Assembly (NCBI RefSeq): GCF_025273655.1
Contig: NZ_CP045921.1
Span: forward strand, 480,001 to 512,000
Reading direction: 5' to 3'
Source: Candidatus Saccharimonadota bacterium
GTDB taxonomy: Bacteria; Patescibacteriota; Saccharimonadia; Saccharimonadales; Saccharimonadaceae
Length of the DNA stretch: 32,000 nt
Every line of letters starts with the position of its first letter. Within the stretch, counting starts at the first letter, position 1. Shown in pieces: positions 15,444 to 24,101 of this stretch. The notes under the pieces were generated by a model. That model saw only the letters and a program-made list of their open reading frames with translations, was not told the DNA's origin and did not search any database. Position numbers and translations under genes: made by a program.

Positions 15444-16658
15444 ATGAAAAAAGCTTTGGAGTTTGAAATCCACCACCGGTTGGACGGTGCGCTCGCGCGG
15501 ACAGGTACTATTACGACGCCGCACGGTTTGATCGAGACGCCAGCGTTTATACCCGTAGGGACCAAAGCAACATTGAAGGCATTGACCCCTGAGCAGCTGC
15601 GAGCTGCTGGTGCCCAGGCAGTACTGGTAAACGCTTACCACCTATATCTGCGTCCTGGCCATGAACTAATTGACCGTGCGGGCGGCGTACACGAATTTAT
15701 GCACTGGGATGGGCCAACTTTTAGTGATAGTGGTGGATTCCAGGTGATGAGCCTCGGCGTAGGATTCAAAAAAGTTGTTGACATGGAGGGTGATCCCGAC
15801 CAGAAAACAACCAACAAGAAAGACAAATTGGCATGGATAGACAACGATGGTGTGAACTTTAAATCGCACCTCGATGGTAGCATGCATCGATTTACACCGG
15901 AGCTAAGCATGCAGATCCAGCATGGTGTCGGCGCAGATATCACGTTTGCGTTCGACGAATTGACGACGCTGTTTCATGACTATGATTACCAGGTGGAGAG
16001 CCTGCACGAGCGTACGCATCCGTGGGCAGTGCGGAGTTTAGCGGAGCATAAACGCTTGAACGTAGAGCGTTCACACCGGCCGCCACAGGCGCTCTTTGGT
16101 GTAGTGCAAGGTGCCGACCACGAAGATTTGCGTCGCGAATGCGCGCGATTCCTAGGGGGTATGGATTTCGATGGCTATGGCCTGGGCGGAGCGCTGCGCA
16201 AAAGTAACATTGGCAACAATGTACGCTGGATGTGCGAAGAATTGCCAGAGGATAAGCCGCGCCATATGCTGGGTATATCCGAGCCAGATGACATTTTCGA
16301 CTGTATTGAAAACGGTGCCGACACCTTCGACTGCGTGTCACCTGCTCGCGTGGGACGCAATGGTGCGCTGTATACAAAGCGAGGCCGTGTTAATATTACA
16401 CGCTCGGAGTTCAAAGAAAAACTCGAGCCCTTCGACGCTGACTGTGATTGTTATACTTGCCAGAACTTCACCGCCGCCTATCTCCATCACCTCTTCAAGT
16501 CAGATGAACTGCTGAGTAATACCTTGGCTACAATTCACAACGAGCGCTTCATCGTGCGCTTGGTCGATGATATCCGCGCCAGTATCGCTGACAACTCTTT
16601 CTTTGATTTCAAGCAAGAGTTTCTTGCAGGTTACTACAGTAAGCGCGAATCAGCCTAA
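15444..16658 (+). CDS. tgt: tRNA-guanine transglycosylase (queuine tRNA-ribosyltransferase)
   Basis: TPAFIPVGT, DSGGFQV, GVVQG, Zn site CDCYTCQNFTAAYLHHL. Confidence 0.92.
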   Translation: MKKALEFEIHHRLDGALARTGTITTPHGLIETPAFIPVGTKATLKALTPEQLRAAGAQAVLVNAYHLYLRPGHELIDRAGGVHEFMHWDGPTFSDSGGFQVMSLGVGFKKVVDMEGDPDQKTTNKKDKLAWIDNDGVNFKSHLDGSMHRFTPELSMQIQHGVGADITFAFDELTTLFHDYDYQVESLHERTHPWAVRSLAEHKRLNVERSHRPPQALFGVVQGADHEDLRRECARFLGGMDFDGYGLGGALRKSNIGNNVRWMCEELPEDKPRHMLGISEPDDIFDCIENGADTFDCVSPARVGRNGALYTKRGRVNITRSEFKEKLEPFDADCDCYTCQNFTAAYLHHLFKSDELLSNTLATIHNERFIVRLVDDIRASIADNSFFDFKQEFLAGYYSKRESA

Positions 16659-16707
16659 CTATCGACATAAACTGGTCAACCACAAGCATATTTGCTATGC
16701 TGTGAGC

Positions 16708-17004
16708 ATGCATACTTTTCTTGTCATACTCCACGTTACTACTATGGTCGCTTCGATGACGCTGATGTCTGGTGCTATCGGACTCGGTATATTTGGCAAA
16801 CGGCAAGCTGTGCGAGCGGCATCGTACGGTATGGGCGCAACGCTCGTAGGCTTCGGATCGGGGCTTTTGCTCATGCTGGCGGCACCACTTACGCTGAAAT
16901 GCGCTATGCTTACGAGCTATCTGCTCGCAGTATCGGTCCTCTACTATGCTGGCTACGGTGCTGGCAATGTCGCAAAAGCACGCTTCGTGCGACAAAATAA
17001 CTAG
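16708..17004 (+). CDS. Small membrane protein (3 predicted TM helices), unknown function
   Basis: Start taken at the ATG at 16708, because the upstream part of the track ORF overlaps the tgt 3' end. 98 aa, strongly hydrophobic. Confidence 0.45.
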   Translation: MHTFLVILHVTTMVASMTLMSGAIGLGIFGKRQAVRAASYGMGATLVGFGSGLLLMLAAPLTLKCAMLTSYLLAVSVLYYAGYGAGNVAKARFVRQNN

Positions 17005-17082
17005 CCTTTATCTCTATATAGGAAAGCCCCGCTGGCTGCGGAGATTCCTATGGAGTCTCAACGCGCCAGGCGGGGTATAAAC

Positions 17083-17475
17083 TTAGCTGCAAGACTCGCC
17101 AAATTGCCGGCCAAGCCGCTCCCATAATGACCACCGGTTGCCAAAGAAGTTGCACTGAGCTGCGGCAAACATGAGTTGAGTCGCGCGCACCACATACATG
17201 CCTTGGGACGCGGGAACAGGTTCGATAAGCGTTGTCTGTTCAAGCATGTTCAGGAAGTTGCGCCAATCATATGACACCCCAAGCCTCGGGTGATGGTCGA
17301 GATGGAATTGGGCATGATATCGTATACTCTCGTACGCTTTCAGTATTGCATAGTGTGCACGTGGCGTGTCGAGTTCGAGCCAGGTTGTCATGCCGTAGCT
17401 CAGCTTGGGCGCAGCAGCACCATAGATTAGCCCGCATCCAAATTCTTGCAATGTGATAAGCGGTTCGTCACTCAT
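17083..17475 (-). CDS. Hypothetical cytoplasmic protein, 130 aa, no domain recognised
   Basis: Strong SD AAGGAGGTGGATCC-ATG. Composition is like the rest of the window. Confidence 0.6.
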   Translation of the reverse strand: MSDEPLITLQEFGCGLIYGAAAPKLSYGMTTWLELDTPRAHYAILKAYESIRYHAQFHLDHHPRLGVSYDWRNFLNMLEQTTLIEPVPASQGMYVVRATQLMFAAAQCNFFGNRWSLWERLGRQFGESCS

Positions 17476-17560
17476 GGATCCACCTCCTTGTAGGATGAGT
17501 GATGTCCATAGTATACACCTGCTGTGCTATACTATTGAACATAATACGTGAGGTAATGGT

Positions 17561-18694
17561 ATGAAAGTCCGTATAGAAATAGATACACATACGTTTGTGC
17601 GGTTTTGGCTAGTCGTGATTGGGTTTGGCCTGGCTGGACTGGCAATTTATAGTGCACGAACCGCTCTTGTTATTATTGGCGCAGCAGCTTTTTTGGCACT
17701 TGCGCTGAGTAATCCGGTTGCCAAACTGGCGGATAAGATGCCAGGTAAAAGCCGTATTGGGGCAACTGCCGCAGCATTTGTATTAATTGTCGCGTTTTTG
17801 GGAACATTCATCGCACTCATCGTGCCACCTATTATCGAGCAAACTGCCAAAGTAGCGGACAACGTGCCGACACTTATCGACTCCGCACAAGAGAATTGGC
17901 ACTTGGCTGACGAGTTCGTGAAGCGCTACGGGCTCGAGTCACAGGTAGACTCAGCGCTCAACAGTGCCAAGGAAAATGCCACATCGTGGGCCGCAAATAT
18001 CGGCTCTTCATTTGTCTCGAGTCTGGGCTCTCTGTTTAATACCGTTGCTGCGATCTTCCTGGCGCTTGTACTGACGTTTCTCATGCTAGTAGAAGGACCC
18101 ACTTGGCTCCGTAAACTCTGGGGGGTATATACTGACGAAGACAAGATGGAGTATCACCAACGCCTGGCGCGCCGTATGCACATGGTAGTGACGGGCTACG
18201 TCACTGGTCAGATTGCAGTGTCAGGTATTGGTGCGCTTTGTGCGGGTTTAATGGTATTTATTCTGCACTTCTTCTTCCCTGCTGTACCGATGAACCTGGC
18301 ACTACCTACAGTTGCAATTGCGTTTATCTTCTCGCTTATCCCAATGTTTGGTGCAACCATTGCCGGTGTGCTGATTACCGCACTTCTCGCATTCAATAAC
18401 GTAACAGCTGCAATTGTCTTCGTGGTATTCTTTGTCGTATACCAACAGATTGAAAACAACTTCGTGTCGCCAACGATTCAAGCGAAGACGGTCGAGCTGT
18501 CAGCACTTGCCGTACTAGTTGCAGTGACTATTGGACTCTATGTGTTTGGTCTTGCGGGAGGTATTATCTCGATTCCTATCGCCGGTTGTATCAAAGTGTT
18601 GCTCGAGGATCATTTCCAGCAGACGAAAAAAGCGCGCAAGAAGAGCGACAAGCCACTACATAAGTTGGTGAAGAAGTTGCAAGAAGAGGCTTAG
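17561..18694 (+). CDS. AI-2E family transporter (PerM/UPF0118)
   Basis: Eight hydrophobic helices. Family-typical C-terminal block VVYQQIENNFVSPTIQAK...PIAGCIKVLLE. SD GAGGT. Confidence 0.85.
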   Translation: MKVRIEIDTHTFVRFWLVVIGFGLAGLAIYSARTALVIIGAAAFLALALSNPVAKLADKMPGKSRIGATAAAFVLIVAFLGTFIALIVPPIIEQTAKVADNVPTLIDSAQENWHLADEFVKRYGLESQVDSALNSAKENATSWAANIGSSFVSSLGSLFNTVAAIFLALVLTFLMLVEGPTWLRKLWGVYTDEDKMEYHQRLARRMHMVVTGYVTGQIAVSGIGALCAGLMVFILHFFFPAVPMNLALPTVAIAFIFSLIPMFGATIAGVLITALLAFNNVTAAIVFVVFFVVYQQIENNFVSPTIQAKTVELSALAVLVAVTIGLYVFGLAGGIISIPIAGCIKVLLEDHFQQTKKARKKSDKPLHKLVKKLQEEA

Positions 18695-18702
18695 CAGCAG
18701 TT

Positions 18703-18731
18703 TGTCATTCCAGATCAAGTCTGGAATGACA
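18703..18731. terminator. Perfect 12-bp hairpin between convergent genes (no U-tract)
   Basis: tgtcattccaga-tcaag-tctggaatgaca. Confidence 0.5.
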
Positions 18732-18737
18732 GGCGCG

Positions 18738-20147
18738 CTACTTGTATTCCCAGATCGTATGATGCGCGGTGTCACGCACAGCGATACCGTCTACCGCTAG
18801 CCGATCACGTAGCTCGTCCGATTTCATCCAATCTTTGTTCTGGCGAGCTTGCGTGCGCCCTAGGATAAGTCGCTTCTGATCATCTGTAATATCCGGAGTA
18901 CTCTCTATTAGTTGGAGACCGAGTATATCATCAATCGCTTCAAGTAGCTCAGTAAGCGTGTGATGATTGATATGGTCGAATCCACGTGCTTCGATATCAC
19001 TAAATGTTTCGTCAATGATGCGCAGGGCTTCGGGTGTATTCAAGTCATCGCTAAGTGCTTCACGAATAGCGCCTATGGCCGCTGGCGAAGGATCCATCTC
19101 GTCGTTCTGGTGTAGACTGTCGTGTGTTTGGTGACGCAAGGCAGCCACATTACGCCAATGCGAGAGGCGATTCTGGGCCGCCTCCAGGTTTTCCCAGGTG
19201 AAGTTGCCTTCGCTACGGTAATGTTTGGTGTAGACGAAAAGTTTGAATGCCATAACACTGTAGCCTTTTTCTTCAATATCTGCGAGGGTGTAAATATTAC
19301 CGAGGCTCTTGCTCATTTTGGTGCCGTCTACTTTCATGTGGTTGGCATGTACCCACATGTTGGCAAACGTGGTGCCGGTGAGACTCTCGGTCTGAGCGAT
19401 TTCGTTAGTGTGGTGTACTGGGATGTGGTCGATACCTCCAGTGTGAATGTCGATCTGGTCACCGAGTAGTTCACGCGCCATCACGCTACATTCTAGATGC
19501 CAGCCCGGGAAGCCGGTGCCCCAAGGACTCTCCCATTCCATGTCGCGTTTTTCATCTGCGGGCGAAAACTTCCAAAGCGCGAAGTCTGTCGGATTGCGCT
19601 TACCTGTGTCGGCTACACGCGCACCAAACTCTAGGCCGTCGATATCAAGCCGCGCCAACTTGCCATAGTCGCTGAGTTTGCTGGTGTCGAAATAAACACC
19701 GTCATCGATAGTATATGTATAGCCTTTTTTCTCGAGTTCTTCGACAAACGCGATTTGCTGTGGAATGTAATCCGTGGCACGTGGCAAATGTGTTGGGTGG
19801 ATCAAACCTAGCTGGCCGTAGGCTTCGTGGTCGGCGATATCAATGTATTTTTGTGCCACATCCCAGGCGGTTTTGCCTTCGCGTAGGGCACCTTTTTGCA
19901 TTTTATCCTCGCCTGCGTCGCCGTCATCGGTCAGGTGACCAACATCGGTGATATTTTGCACGCGAGTGACATCGTAGCCCTCTACTTGGAGTATGCGTAC
20001 CAGTAAGTCCCAGTAGATATATGCTACCCAGTTGCCGATGTGAGGCTGGCTGTAGACAGTGAGGCCACAGGTATATATGCTCACCTTGCCTTCTTCGAGC
20101 GGCTTTAGCTCGTCAGTTTGACGGCTCATGGTGTTATAGAGTTTCAT
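18738..20147 (-). CDS. cysS: Cysteine--tRNA ligase
   Basis: Class I signatures PHIGN (HIGH) and KMSKSLGN. Start overlaps the upstream stop as ATGA. Confidence 0.95.
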   Translation of the reverse strand: MKLYNTMSRQTDELKPLEEGKVSIYTCGLTVYSQPHIGNWVAYIYWDLLVRILQVEGYDVTRVQNITDVGHLTDDGDAGEDKMQKGALREGKTAWDVAQKYIDIADHEAYGQLGLIHPTHLPRATDYIPQQIAFVEELEKKGYTYTIDDGVYFDTSKLSDYGKLARLDIDGLEFGARVADTGKRNPTDFALWKFSPADEKRDMEWESPWGTGFPGWHLECSVMARELLGDQIDIHTGGIDHIPVHHTNEIAQTESLTGTTFANMWVHANHMKVDGTKMSKSLGNIYTLADIEEKGYSVMAFKLFVYTKHYRSEGNFTWENLEAAQNRLSHWRNVAALRHQTHDSLHQNDEMDPSPAAIGAIREALSDDLNTPEALRIIDETFSDIEARGFDHINHHTLTELLEAIDDILGLQLIESTPDITDDQKRLILGRTQARQNKDWMKSDELRDRLAVDGIAVRDTAHHTIWEYK

Positions 20148-21127
20148 TGCTGTGTCCCCAAGGCCTTGTCGGTTGCTTCGATAAGCTCACGGATAACCTG
20201 CTCTTCACTTTCGTAGACACGAAACCCAGCAGCGTATTTATGGCCACCACCACCGAAGTAACCCGCTACGTCGGCCGAGATAGGACTGTTGCTACGGAGT
20301 TTGCCTGTCAGTTTGCCGTCTGGATATGTCTTGATCGCCACGGCGAGCTCAACGCCGATAACAAGGCGCATTTCGTCGAGTACGAGCACGCTGGGATTGT
20401 AGGCGTCGCTGTAGGCTTGAATCTCTTCGAACGGGATACGTACTAAGGCGAGCTTACCATCGCAGAAATATTCGACACGTTCGATGAGGCGGCCTTTGTA
20501 GGCTAAGATTTCTTGCGGCTTTTTCATAAACTCGCGGCGGCGCTCTTCGATAGCGGCTACACTGGCACCGAGTGCAGTGAGCTCTCCGGCGATCTTGAAT
20601 GATTCCGGTTGGACATTTGGCGTGGTAAGACCGAGCGTGTCCGATTGTAGCGCAACCATCAAGTTCTCTGCTGCTTGCGAATTAATAGTCCAGCCCGCTT
20701 CTTTTGCGAGATGATAAATGACCTGGCTTGCCGCCGGCGCTTCTTCGATGAGTAGCTCGTACTTGAAGCTGAGATTTGGTGCAGTCTCCGTGTGGTGGTC
20801 GATAACTAGGACGTCGTGCGTCTCTAGGTAGTGGCGTGCACCGCGTGCTTCGAGCACCTTGCTCATGAGTACGTCGGCTGTGGTGTCGACGATGATTGCG
20901 AGGTCTGCCGTAGTGTCGAAATCATTCACAACTCTATCCCACCCCTGGATGTAGCGCATGTATTTTGGAATTTCTATCGGACAATACAGCACGACTTCTT
21001 TGCCGAGATCACCGAGGATTTCTTCGAGCGCTAAGCTACTGCCTAGGCTGTCGCCATCGGGGTTTTCGGCTTGGATGACGATGATTTTGCTAGCTGAAGT
21101 GATGAGTTGAGTGGATTTGTCGAACAT
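20144..21127 (-). CDS. DHH/DHHA1 family phosphoesterase (NrnA-like oligoribonuclease/pAp phosphatase)
   Basis: DGDSLGSSLAL, VIDHHTE, GGGHKYAAG. Confidence 0.85.
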   Translation of the reverse strand: MFDKSTQLITSASKIIVIQAENPDGDSLGSSLALEEILGDLGKEVVLYCPIEIPKYMRYIQGWDRVVNDFDTTADLAIIVDTTADVLMSKVLEARGARHYLETHDVLVIDHHTETAPNLSFKYELLIEEAPAASQVIYHLAKEAGWTINSQAAENLMVALQSDTLGLTTPNVQPESFKIAGELTALGASVAAIEERRREFMKKPQEILAYKGRLIERVEYFCDGKLALVRIPFEEIQAYSDAYNPSVLVLDEMRLVIGVELAVAIKTYPDGKLTGKLRSNSPISADVAGYFGGGGHKYAAGFRVYESEEQVIRELIEATDKALGTQQ

Positions 21128-21135
21128 TACTTACT

Positions 21136-21144
21136 ATTGTAACA
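21136..21144 (-). promoter_or_regulatory. Extended -10 element (TGtTACAAT) 8 nt upstream of the phosphoesterase ATG; leaderless candidate
   Basis: The minus strand reads ctcTGtTACAATagtaagtaATG. No SD. Confidence 0.4.
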
Positions 21145-21166
21145 GAGGTATAGTTCACATAGAATA

Positions 21167-21195
21167 TTGACAAAATACATAAAATTTGCTATAAT
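21167..21195 (+). promoter_or_regulatory. Perfect sigma-70 consensus promoter TTGACA-17-TATAAT
   Basis: ttgaca aaatacataaaatttgc tataat read directly. A palindrome tgacca-aaa-tggtca (21203-21217) sits at about +1 to +15. Confidence 0.75.
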
Positions 21196-21266
21196 ATAAA
21201 CATGACCAAAATGGTCAGTAGATTGATAGATAGACCATTGGCCATTCTCATCTCAAGGAGAGCGAA

Positions 21267-21617
21267 ATGAGTGACAATACCCCCAACATACTCCCGACCA
21301 CCACTGTGCTTACCATGGCTCTGATCGGGGCGGCCTTATCGGATGGGGTCATGTCAGACCTCTTTCGTGTCAGCTCGGCGCTAACGGGCGCTTGGCTCTT
21401 CGGCGTATTTCTCACCATCATCCTCCATTCACTAGTGGAGAGGGATTTCAATGAGAAGAATGCCGCTACGGACGAGAGCGAAACCAAGAAGGCCTTGACC
21501 GACCGCAAGCGCAAGCACCTCGCAAGACGCTCTAAAAAGGCAAACGCCATCCTGCGGCGACACTGTGACTGTTTTTCAATCTACAACCCCTCGCATGTAT
21601 TTGTGAGGGGTTGTTGA
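21267..21617 (+). CDS. Small 2-TM membrane protein with a highly basic C-terminal tail, unknown function
   Basis: SD AAGGAGAG 6 nt before the ATG. Two hydrophobic helices, then KKALTDRKRKHLARRSKKANAILRR. The ORF 3' end runs into the hairpin caacccctc-(12 nt)-gaggggttg (21585-21614). Confidence 0.55.
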   Translation: MSDNTPNILPTTTVLTMALIGAALSDGVMSDLFRVSSALTGAWLFGVFLTIILHSLVERDFNEKNAATDESETKKALTDRKRKHLARRSKKANAILRRHCDCFSIYNPSHVFVRGC

Positions 21618-21620
21618 ATT

Positions 21621-22235
21621 TTATAAGATTCTTCGACCTTCTAGTGCATGTGTAAGCGTAATTTGATCGGCGTACTCGAGGTCAACACCAACAGGTAAGC
21701 CGCGAGCGAGACGACTCATCTTTACCTTCAGTCCGTGATTTTCGATTTGTCGCTGCAAGAAGAGTGCAGTCGACTCGCCCTCTACGCTGGCATTTGTGGC
21801 GATGATAATTTCAACAACCTCGTCGCTTGTGATGCGTTGGATAAGCTCGGGGATATGAAGTTGTTCCGGCCCGATGCCGTCGATTGGGCTGATAGCACCA
21901 CCAAGTACGTGGTACGTGCCGCGGTATTGACCAGTGCGTTCGAGCGCTATGATATCGAGAGGCTCTTCGACCACTGCCACGAGTGTTTTGTCGCGGGCAT
22001 CGTCGCTATAGAGTGGAGAGACATCTTGAGACGCGTCGATGAGCGCGAATGTCACCGGGCAATACTTGACACCGCTATGAAGTGCGGTAATCGCATTCGC
22101 GAGCTTGTCATTTGACGTTTGGTTTGCACGCAAAAGATGGTACGCGTAACGTTCGGCTGTACGCGCACCAACTCCCGGCAGCTTGCCGATTTCGTCTATG
22201 ACAGTGAGAAGTGCCTGAGGCAACAATTGCGCCAC
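21621..22235 (-). CDS. recR: Recombination protein RecR (Cys4 zinc finger degenerate)
   Basis: HhH LPGVGARTAERYAYHLL. Toprim EVIIATNASVEGESTA. Only one Cys (KYCPVTF) lies where CxxC...CxxC is expected. Confidence 0.9.
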   Translation of the reverse strand: MAQLLPQALLTVIDEIGKLPGVGARTAERYAYHLLRANQTSNDKLANAITALHSGVKYCPVTFALIDASQDVSPLYSDDARDKTLVAVVEEPLDIIALERTGQYRGTYHVLGGAISPIDGIGPEQLHIPELIQRITSDEVVEIIIATNASVEGESTALFLQRQIENHGLKVKMSRLARGLPVGVDLEYADQITLTHALEGRRIL

Positions 22236-22243
22236 GACTCGTC

Positions 22244-22552
22244 CTACATGCCTGGTAGATTCATGCCACCCATAAGCGGCTTCATCTTTTCGGCTGCAAC
22301 TTCCTGAGCTTTTGCCATGCCGTCACGAATTGCAGCTTCGAGCCAACCCTCGAGTTCTTCGATGTCTTCGAGATCGACGTATTCTGGGTTGATCTTGATA
22401 TTCTCTACTTTGAGCTCACCGTTGATGGTGACTTCAACTGCTGGATCGTCGGCGTCGTCATCTCCACCGGCTACGGCGATAATCTGCTGCTTCTTGAGCT
22501 CCTTCTGTGCTTTACGTAGGTCGTTGAGCATTTTCATTTGGTCAAATGCCAT
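22244..22552 (-). CDS. ybaB: YbaB/EbfC family nucleoid-associated protein
   Basis: 102 aa. Family-like pattern LRKAQKELKK...VEVTINGELKVENIKINPE...LPGM. SD GGAGG. Confidence 0.85.
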   Translation of the reverse strand: MAFDQMKMLNDLRKAQKELKKQQIIAVAGGDDDADDPAVEVTINGELKVENIKINPEYVDLEDIEELEGWLEAAIRDGMAKAQEVAAEKMKPLMGGMNLPGM

Positions 22553-22593
22553 AGTGAAGTATTCCTCCTCTGAATTACTAGGTCTATTATAGG

Positions 22594-24081
22594 TTATTTT
22601 TCGGTTTTTTTGTAGATGTAGAGCCGGTCGCTACTGCCCTCGTAATTGCTCCAGGCTGTCACGCGACTCGGTAGCAGGGCGCCGCTGGTTGTCAAGTTAC
22701 TGGCTTTGGTAGCGATCACATCGTCTGTCAGGCTACCCGCCTGGAGTAGGCGGTCGGTCGAGTCGGTTAGCGCTACGTTGTCGAGATGGTTGGAATCGAG
22801 GTAGAGTCGGTACCAGGGTTTTTCGCTCGGCGCTACTAGTAGTGTTGCACTTGGATGGTCGCGGAGCTCTTGCTCGACAAGTGATGTGTCGTGCGAGGGA
22901 GCGTTCGCGAGCGGTGCATAGTAGTGAAAGGCGTAAAAATAGCGTGTCACGCCCGACAAGATAATACAGGCAAAAAGAATTGTAACCGGCATGAGCGCGA
23001 AGACGCGAGCATAAGGATTACGTGGGAAGAGCTTGTACCAATATCGCAGGAGATAGTTGCTTCCGGCTGCCACCAGAAATGTGAGAGGCACGATGAGCAG
23101 CGCGAGCGATGTCGGATTGAGGAGTAATATCGGGATGAGCATGAGTGTCCACGAGAACACGATGTAGCTCACGACCGAATGTCGCCAATACGCCAAGCTG
23201 TACACGCCAACTCCAGCAAGTGTCAGTGCACTTAGGCCAAATACTGGCGCCAGTAAGCCTGTGTTGGTGGTGCTGGTCGACGAGAAGTCTACGAGCTGCG
23301 TACCAATCAGGATGGTATTCGCTAGGATATCGAGCGAGAAATGGGACGACCTATATACCAGGTCTGTAAGCAGTGCTATGTCGCGGTAGGCGCCATAGGC
23401 AATCATGCCTAGTGCGGCGGCGATAACTACTGCACCTGTCCAGATTGCTTCGGTAGGAGTTTTGCGAAACAGATAACGAATGTGTGGATGCAAGAGTCCA
23501 CCGATAAAAAGCGCAAGTAGAATATAGATGCTAAACGGCGTGAACAGGCTCAGGGCGGCCACAACACTGCCAATATAGACAGCTGCAGGGTGTAGTTTGC
23601 GACGGTTAACTCCGAAGCTGGCTATAGTCAAGAGAGCTACCGGCCAGAACATCATCATAATCGTCGGTGCGCCAGTGGCGGCAAGTGAGATAAAAAACGC
23701 TGATATGGTGATGATACCACCGGTTAAAATACCCACTGTATGACTGAAGCGGCGACTAATCACCAGTACAATACCAATTGCCGTCAGTAGCCCAAATAGC
23801 AATGACGGAAGCGTGACCGAAAAGCTACTGAGCCCAAACACGCTGATGGAAAGTCGCTGGAGTGCATGGTATGGCAAATCAACCACCAGTAGTGTTTCGG
23901 GGTGTGATAGGCTGAGGCTCGCGCTACGGAGGGCAGATGTCTGCTCATCTGGAGTGAATCCACCGGGCACATAGAGAGCAGCAAATACCAATACACTTGC
24001 CAAGATAATGAGAAGCGCGCCATAGCCGATCCAAAACCGCAGCTTATAGAGCGTGTAGTCTTTGACTGTGTCTTTTGTCAT
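22594..24081 (-). CDS. Polytopic membrane protein, putative GT-C fold glycosyltransferase (GT39/PMT_2/ArnT-like)
   Basis: About 12 TM helices, an acidic first-loop motif (FTPDEQ), and a ~120-aa C-terminal soluble domain. Assigned from architecture only. Confidence 0.4.
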   Translation of the reverse strand: MTKDTVKDYTLYKLRFWIGYGALLIILASVLVFAALYVPGGFTPDEQTSALRSASLSLSHPETLLVVDLPYHALQRLSISVFGLSSFSVTLPSLLFGLLTAIGIVLVISRRFSHTVGILTGGIITISAFFISLAATGAPTIMMMFWPVALLTIASFGVNRRKLHPAAVYIGSVVAALSLFTPFSIYILLALFIGGLLHPHIRYLFRKTPTEAIWTGAVVIAAALGMIAYGAYRDIALLTDLVYRSSHFSLDILANTILIGTQLVDFSSTSTTNTGLLAPVFGLSALTLAGVGVYSLAYWRHSVVSYIVFSWTLMLIPILLLNPTSLALLIVPLTFLVAAGSNYLLRYWYKLFPRNPYARVFALMPVTILFACIILSGVTRYFYAFHYYAPLANAPSHDTSLVEQELRDHPSATLLVAPSEKPWYRLYLDSNHLDNVALTDSTDRLLQAGSLTDDVIATKASNLTTSGALLPSRVTAWSNYEGSSDRLYIYKKTEK

Positions 24082-24101
24082 GAATAGACTTATTATACGT
24101 G

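Noticed and set aside
21196-21620. The idea that the consensus promoter to hairpin interval (~420 nt) encodes RNase P RNA, tmRNA or another structured RNA rather than a protein.
   Set aside because: I could not find the conserved RNase P blocks (GAGGAAAGTCC-type), the tmRNA termini or SRP motifs. A good SD plus an ATG opens a 116-codon frame with two clean TM helices.
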